A DNA stretch of 64,000 nt, taken from positions 44,578,001-44,642,000 of the forward strand of contig OZ024744.1 in assembly GCA_964016885.1 (NCBI GenBank). Reading direction: 5' to 3'. A program made the translations under genes and the position numbers. Below are positions 58,301-64,000 of this stretch, piece by piece; position 1 is the first letter of the stretch; each line of letters opens with the position of its first letter. The notes under the pieces were generated by a model. It was not told the origin of the DNA, ran no database searches, and saw nothing but the letters and a program-made list of their open reading frames with translations. The DNA comes from Eledone cirrhosa. Taxonomy: Eukaryota.

Positions 58301-60885
58301 GTGGTGTGGTGGAGGTTGTAGTGGTGGTGGTGCAGTTCGAATTGGTGATGTTTGAGGTTGTAGTGGTGGTGGATGTTGTAGTGGTGGTGGTTGAGGTTGA
58401 AGTGGTGGTGGTGTAGTTTGTAGTTATGGTGGTGGAGGTTGCAGTGGTGGTTGTTTTAGTTGTAGTGCTGGTGGTGGAAGTTGTATTGGTGGTGGTGGAG
58501 GTTGTATTGGTGATGGTGTAGGTTGTAGTGGTGGTGGTGGAGGTTGTAGTGGTGGTGGATGTTGTAGTGGGGGTGGTGGAGGTTGTAGTGGTGGTGCTGT
58601 AGTTTGTAGTGGCGGTGGGAGTTGTAGCGGTGGTGGTGTTGGAGGTGTTGTTGGTGGTTGAGGTTGTAGTGGTGGTGGTGGAGGTTGTACTGGTGGTGGT
58701 GGAGATTGTAGTGGTGGTGGTGGTGGTTGTAATGTTGGTGGTGAAGGTTGTAGTGGTGGTGGTGGGGGTTGTAGTGTTGGTGGCTGAGGTTGTTGTGGTG
58801 GTGGTGGAGGTTGTAGTTGTGTTGTTGGAGGTTGTAGTGGTAGTGGTGGAGGTTGTAGTGGTGGTGGAAGTGGTAATGGTGGTGGTGGTGCAGGTCGAAG
58901 TGCTGATGTTTGAGGTTGTAGTGGTGGTGTTTGTTGTAGTGGTGTTGGTAGTGGTAGTGGGAGTTGTAGCGGTGATGGTGTTGGTGGTGGAGGTTGTAGT
59001 GGTGGTGGATGTTGTAGTGGTGAGGATGTTGTAGTGGTGGTGGTGGAGGTTGTAGTGGTGGTGGTGGTGTAGTTTGGAGTTATGGTGGTGGAGGTTGTAG
59101 TGGTGCTGGTGGAGGTTGAAGTAGTAAATGTGGAAGTTGTATTGGTGATGGTGGAGGTTGTAGTGGTGGTGGTGTAAGTTGTAGTGGTGATTGTAGAGGT
59201 TGTAGTGGTGGTGGTGGAGGTTGTAGTGGTGGCGGTGTTCGTGGTGGAGGTTGTAGTGGTGATGGAGGAGGATGCAGTGGTGGGGTGGAGGTTGTAGTCG
59301 TTTTTGTGGAGGTTGTAGTAGTGGTGATGGAGGTTGTAGTGGTGGCGGTGGAGGTGGAGGTTGTAGTCGTTGTTGTGGAGGTTGAAGTAGTGGTGATGGA
59401 GGTTGTAGTGGTGGCGGTGGAGGTTGTAGTGGTGGTGGTGGAGGTTGTAATCATGGTGGTGGAGGTTGTAGTGCTGGTGAGAGTTGTAGCGGTGGTGGTT
59501 GTGGACGTTGTATTGGTGGTGATGGTCGAGGTGGTGTTGGTGGTTGAGGTTGTAGAGGTGGTTGTAGTGGTGGTTGTAGTGGTGGTGATGGAGGATGTAG
59601 TGGTTATTGGAGTTGTGGAGGTTGTAGTGGTGGTGTTAGAGGTTGTAGTGGTGATGGAGGTTGTAGTGGTTGTTGTGGAGGTTGTAGTTTTGATATTGGT
59701 GGTTGTAGTGGTGGTGGTGGAGTTGGTTGTTGTGGTGGTTGCGGTTGTAGTGGTGCTGTTGGAGGTTGTAGTGGTGATGGTGGAGGTTGTAGTGGTGGTG
59801 GGAGTCGTAGCCGTGCTGGTGTTGGAGGGGTTGTTGGCGGTTGAGGTTGTAGTGGTGGTTGTGGAAGTTGTAGTCGTGGTGTTGGAAGTTGTATTGGTGG
59901 TGATGGAGGTTATAGTGGTGGTGGTGGAGGTTGTAGTGGTAGTGGTGGAGGTTGTATTGGTGATGGTGGAAGTTGTAGTGGTGGTGGTGGAGGTTGTAGT
60001 GGTGGTGGTGGAGGTTGTAGTGGTAGTGGTGGAGGTTGTATTGGTGATGGTGGAAGTTGTAGTGGTGGTGGTGGAGGTTGTAGTGGTGGTGGTGGAGGTT
60101 GTAGTGGTGATTGTGGAGGTTGTAGTGGTGGTGGTGGATGTTGGTGGTGTTTTGTGGTGGAGGTTGTAGTGGTGGCAGTAGAGGTTGTAGTGGTGGTGGT
60201 GGAGGTTGTAGTCATGGTTGAGGTTGTAGTGCTGGTGGGAGTTGTAGCGGTGGAGGTTGTATTGGTGTTGGTGGTGGAGGTAGTGTTGGTGGTTGAGGTT
60301 GTAGTGGTGGTTGTGGAGGTTGTAGTGGTGGTGTTGGATGTTGTAGTGGTAATGGATGTTGTGGTTGTAGTGGAGCTTGTAGTGGTGGTGGAAGTTGTAG
60401 TGGTTGTGGTGGAAATTGTAGTGGTGGTGGTGGATGTCGTAGTGGTTGTTGTGGATGTTGTAGTGGTTGTTGTGGATGTTGTAGTGGTTGTTGTGGAGGT
60501 TGTAGTGGTGGTGGTGGCGGTGGAGTTTGTTGTGGTGGTGATGGAGTTAGTAGTGGTCGTGGAGGCTGTAGCGATGGAGGTTGTAGTGGTGGAGGTTGTA
60601 GAGGAAGAGTTTGTAGTGGTGGTGGTGGAGGTTGTAGTGGTGGTGGTGGAAGTTATAGTTGTGGTGGTGGAGGTTGTAGTGGTGGTGGTAGTGGAGCTTG
60701 TAGTGGTGATGGTGGAGGTAGTAGTAGTGGTGGTGTAGGAGGTTGTAATGGTGGTGGTGGAGCTTGTAGTGGTGGTGGAGGTTGTAGTGGTGGAGGTTGT
60801 AGAGGTGGAGGTTGTAGTGGTGGTGGAAGTTGTAGTGGTGGCGGTGGAGGTTGTAGTGCTGGTGGAGGTTGTGGTGGTGGTGGGT
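55365..60885. repeat. Degenerate GTG-rich simple-sequence array (core ~GTGGTGGTGGAGGTTGTA)
   Basis: 5.5 kb of triplet-periodic G/T-rich sequence; the poly-Val ORFs switch frame repeatedly. Confidence 0.95.
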
Positions 60886-60933
60886 AATTTCAGATGTCAC
60901 TACTATCATATATATAGTCAAAGTGCAGCAATA

Positions 60934-61100
60934 TGTTAGAAATGGTAAAGAGTTTGACTTAAGACTTTGCACAATATTGATTGCCCTTTATGGTCTGAGT
61001 TCAAATGCCGCCGAGGTTATCTTTGCCTTTCATCCTTACAGGGTCGATGAAATAAAGTACCAGTAATGCGCTGGCCTTGTGCCAAAAGTAGAAATAATTA
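60934..61100 (+). mobile_element. tRNA-derived SINE, diverged copy (octopus-type)
   Basis: B-box-like GTTCAAATGC at 60999-61008; core GCCGAGGT..CTTTGCCTTTCATCCTT..GGGTCGAT.AAATAAAGTACCAGT; tail GGCCTTGTGCCAAAAGTAGAAATAATTAT; homologous to 61716-61897 on the other strand. Confidence 0.75.
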
Positions 61101-61715
61101 TATTGATTTGTTAAGCTATGTTCCAGTTCAAATCTCACCGCTGTTCACTTAAACATTGATGTAGTAGCCATGTTTCAAACAATTATAGCTGTAAGCTACA
61201 AATATGTAAATGGCGTCATTGTCTTGATGTAAAAATGATTGAAAGCTAATATCTATTGAGAATAAAGATGAAAGTACTTGATCCGGAAACACAATCAAAC
61301 TCCATCACTACAGAATACGTCACCTCAAACAACAACAGCAAAACCCGCAGCAACAATAGATTAGATCTGATCCAACATGTCGTAACTGCTATTTATCTTA
61401 ACATCTGTGGAACTGTATTGTAAAGATCAAACTCATTTTAAAATCGGCATACGTCAAAACGGCCGGTCGCAAAAGTGAAACTAATTTTTGACGACAATTA
61501 CGTACGTCATTATTTTCAATTTGGATTGTGAATTTGTTTGCTTTTTTTACAACAGGTCTCAATAGTGAAAGTGAATTTTGTTGATGGTGTTAATTAGTAT
61601 TGCGTGTACGTGATAATTTTTTTTTATTCTTTTTTTGTGTATTGTGTGTACGGAAATTTTTTTTTTAAATAATGACATTGTGTGTTGAAAGAAAGAAATA
61701 TTGAAAATCCTTATT

Positions 61716-61897
61716 TAAATAATTGTTTCTACTTTTAGCACAAGGCCAGCAATTACCCAGTACATTACTGGTACTTTATTTTATCGACCCTAAGGATGAA
61801 AGGCAAAGTTAACCTCGGCGGGATTTGAACTCAGAATGGCAAGGGCAGTAACTCTATGCGTCAAAGCATGGCGTCCAACTCTCTACCGATACTGCCA
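61716..61897 (-). mobile_element. tRNA-derived SINE inserted at the inner edge of the left TIR
   Basis: On the minus strand: A-box-like TGGCAGTATCGG, B box GTTCAAATCC (61821-61830), same core and tail as 60934-61100; flanked by a 53-bp direct repeat. Confidence 0.82.
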
Positions 61898-62190
61898 ATT
61901 TTAAATAATGACATTGTGTGTTGAAATAAATAAATATTGAAAATCCTTATTACACCCTATAAATAGCTGAAATACAGTTGATCAATTCGCCAACCTTGTT
62001 GGCACCAACTCTCTGTCGCCAAAGAAATTAAGGTAGGGTGATAAGAAGGACAGAGAATGATAAGGGATTTGGGTCAGAGGGGCAGCTTGGGGTCAGAAAA
62101 GCAGTTGGCGTCAGAAGGCCTGGGAAAATTTTTTTTTTTTTTTAAACGAAGCACCGAAGGGCTGGATTGTAATAGAGTGTCACATCAAAT

Positions 62191-62730
62191 ATGGCTGGAC
62201 GAGTGTATGGTCGCGTTACCTTAGTTGAAGATATTTTGGATACCAATGCTATTGTTAATCGTTTTGAAACAATGTATACACTGTTCCCGGCGATACACGG
62301 TGACACGTTGTGTATGTTACAGTGGTTGGCGAGTCGGCGTCTGTTGGCGAACAGTGTGAATTGTCCTGTCTGCAATGAGGCGTGCACATTGAGAAGATAT
62401 TCTGAGGGGATTGATAAATGGAGATGGCGATGCGCCCGCGACAAATTTAGTCAATCGGTGCGACGGAATTCTTTATTTTATCGAAGCCGTGTTCGACTCG
62501 AACACCTTATTGGCATTATCTATATGTGGTGCTACGATCATGCCCAAACTGAGATGATGAGAGAAACAGGACTTAGCAAGCCGACAATAATAGACTGGTG
62601 TAATTTCCTTAGAGAAATCTGTGAGCAGTATTTGGAGGGGAATCCTCAACAGCTTAGAGGATTCGATGAGAAGGGTGCCAACAAGTTTGGCGAGATGATC
62701 AACTGTATTTCAGCTATTTATAGGGTGTAA
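62191..62730 (+). CDS. Truncated Merlin/IS1595-family transposase (Zn-ribbon + HTH, DDE core absent), 179 aa
   Basis: ATG start; CPVC...WRWRC...SVRRNSLF zinc-ribbon-like region; TGLSKPTIIDWCNFLREIC HTH-like motif typical of eukaryotic Merlin transposases; the expected VEIDES catalytic motif after LRGFDEKG is missing; lies between the TIRs; TATAAATA upstream near 61958. Confidence 0.75.
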   Translation: MAGRVYGRVTLVEDILDTNAIVNRFETMYTLFPAIHGDTLCMLQWLASRRLLANSVNCPVCNEACTLRRYSEGIDKWRWRCARDKFSQSVRRNSLFYRSRVRLEHLIGIIYMWCYDHAQTEMMRETGLSKPTIIDWCNFLREICEQYLEGNPQQLRGFDEKGANKFGEMINCISAIYRV

Positions 62731-64000
62731 TAAGGATTTTCATAAGGTACGTCAATTTATATTTTATATGCAACAAACGTATAACTATGTAGTTATTTAA
62801 AAAAAAAAAAAATTATTTCTTTCAACACACAATGTCATTATTTAAAAAAAAATTTTCCGTACACACAATACACAAAAAAAGAAAAAAAAAAAAATATCAC
62901 GTACACGTAATACTAATTAACACCATCAACAAAATTCACTTTCACTATTGAGACCTGTTGTAAAAAAACAAATTCACAATCCAAATTGAAAATAATGACG
63001 TACGTAACTGTCGTCAAAAATTAGTTTCACTTTTGCGACCGGCCGTTTTGACGTATGCCTTTAAAATCTATACTTTTGATATTTTTTTGAATGATATAAA
63101 ATTGATAAACACTCTGTAGATACATTGATATACATACACATATATACACACACAAATATATGCACAAACAACTCTGCGTTAAAGGTGTACAGGAAATAAA
63201 CACACAAATCAATCCATTCAATGAATAAACAATAAGAAGAATAAAGAATCATTATCATTTGAATAAGAATCACTTCAAGGCAACACAAACTTGATAAATG
63301 TTTTCTAAATATACTTGTTAGTGTTAGGTGTTACTAATAAATATAATGATAAATTTTATATTAACAAAATATAATTAATAAATACTCTCTGTATATTAAT
63401 ACAGAGTGTATTAATATAAACTATATACTAAGCAAGTCGTTCTTTCTACAATTGATGATGCAATATTTATATCACAACTATATATATCTTGTTTAACAAC
63501 TACGTTGAATGAAACTTTAGTTGTATCATGATGAGGGTCGTGTACCAGTAATATATACGACAGAATGTCGTACACTATCCTTAAACATGAGCCCAGAGTT
63601 GTCATGTCTTTCTTTTCCTCTCCTTAAATATTACATTTAAACTCTGCTTTGCAAAGTCACCTCGTTTCCAGCCATGGTCCATTCCATAACAGTGTTACAT
63701 CAAAGAACTGTCATTTGAAAGAAAAAGTTTCAATCTTAATATAATTTCTCCTGAATCTGCATTATCAAAATAGATTAAAAAAATATCATCTTTATTTTAC
63801 TGTAAATTTTCACAACTGTCTGTCTAATAGTAAAGGTATAAACTTTTAATTAACAAACATGTTTTTAGATATTTTCTGCTAAATCATTACATTATTTTAA
63901 GAGTTAAGGACATCACTTAACATTTTCTTCACAACACGCCCGGTTCATCTTCATTCTTCTCTCTGTTTATGTATCATGTGAATTCTTCAGAAGAAAGGTA

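Larger units (their letters stand above)
61446..63059 (+). mobile_element. Merlin (IS1595/ISXO2-like) DNA transposon, internally deleted
   Basis: ~245-bp TIRs starting GGCATACGTCAAAACGGCCGGTCGC (61446-~61694 and ~62815-63059); perfect 9-bp TSD TTTAAAATC at 61437-61445 and 63060-63068; internal transposase-like ORF. Confidence 0.88.

Noticed and set aside
55365-60972. Poly-Val membrane protein, or minus-strand Thr/Ser mucin, Pro-rich or His-rich protein
   Set aside because: The Val-rich register changes frame many times along the array, which is inconsistent with one maintained coding exon; most starts are GTG triplets of the repeat.
62142-62444. Antisense 100-aa ORF in the transposon
   Set aside because: Shadow of the transposase ORF with no independent signal.
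61446-63059. Mutator/MULE assignment (9-bp TSD, long TIRs)
   Set aside because: The structure fits, but the encoded motifs (CxxC...WRC...SVR..SLF, DWCNFLREIC) match Merlin/IS1595-like transposases better.
63027-63605. Short minus-strand ORFs in the right flank
   Set aside because: AT-rich and low-complexity (CA/TA repeats), with no recognisable domain or splice context.

Overview
Eukaryotic, gene-free, repeat-dominated window, probably octopus/cephalopod (inferred only from recalling the SINE sequence). Positions 1-55364 are a 28-bp C-rich satellite (consensus TAGACACCACCCTATGTTACCTCTATAT) with nested higher-order duplications: 3 x ~8.87 kb, and 2 x 7611 bp each holding 2 x ~2.8 kb. The satellite is interrupted by two non-coding (non-autonomous) LTR retroelements. 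Element A is at 191-2927. Element B is one insertion triplicated by the 8.87-kb repeat (10366-12639, 19262-21535, 28130-30403). A 5.5-kb degenerate GTG-rich array follows (55365-60885), then two opposite-strand tRNA-type SINE copies and an internally deleted Merlin/IS1595-like DNA transposon (61446-63059, 9-bp TSD). The most unusual signal is at the LTR/primer-binding-site (PBS) junctions. Element B carries a 32-nt copy of the tRNA-Trp 3' end that extends past the canonical 18 nt and mismatches exactly opposite A58. This is followed by a duplicated LTR terminus and a second, decayed PBS. Element A has further PBS-like relics inside both LTRs. All alignments were done by eye, and tRNA comparisons use remembered metazoan tRNA sequences, not the host's own genes.
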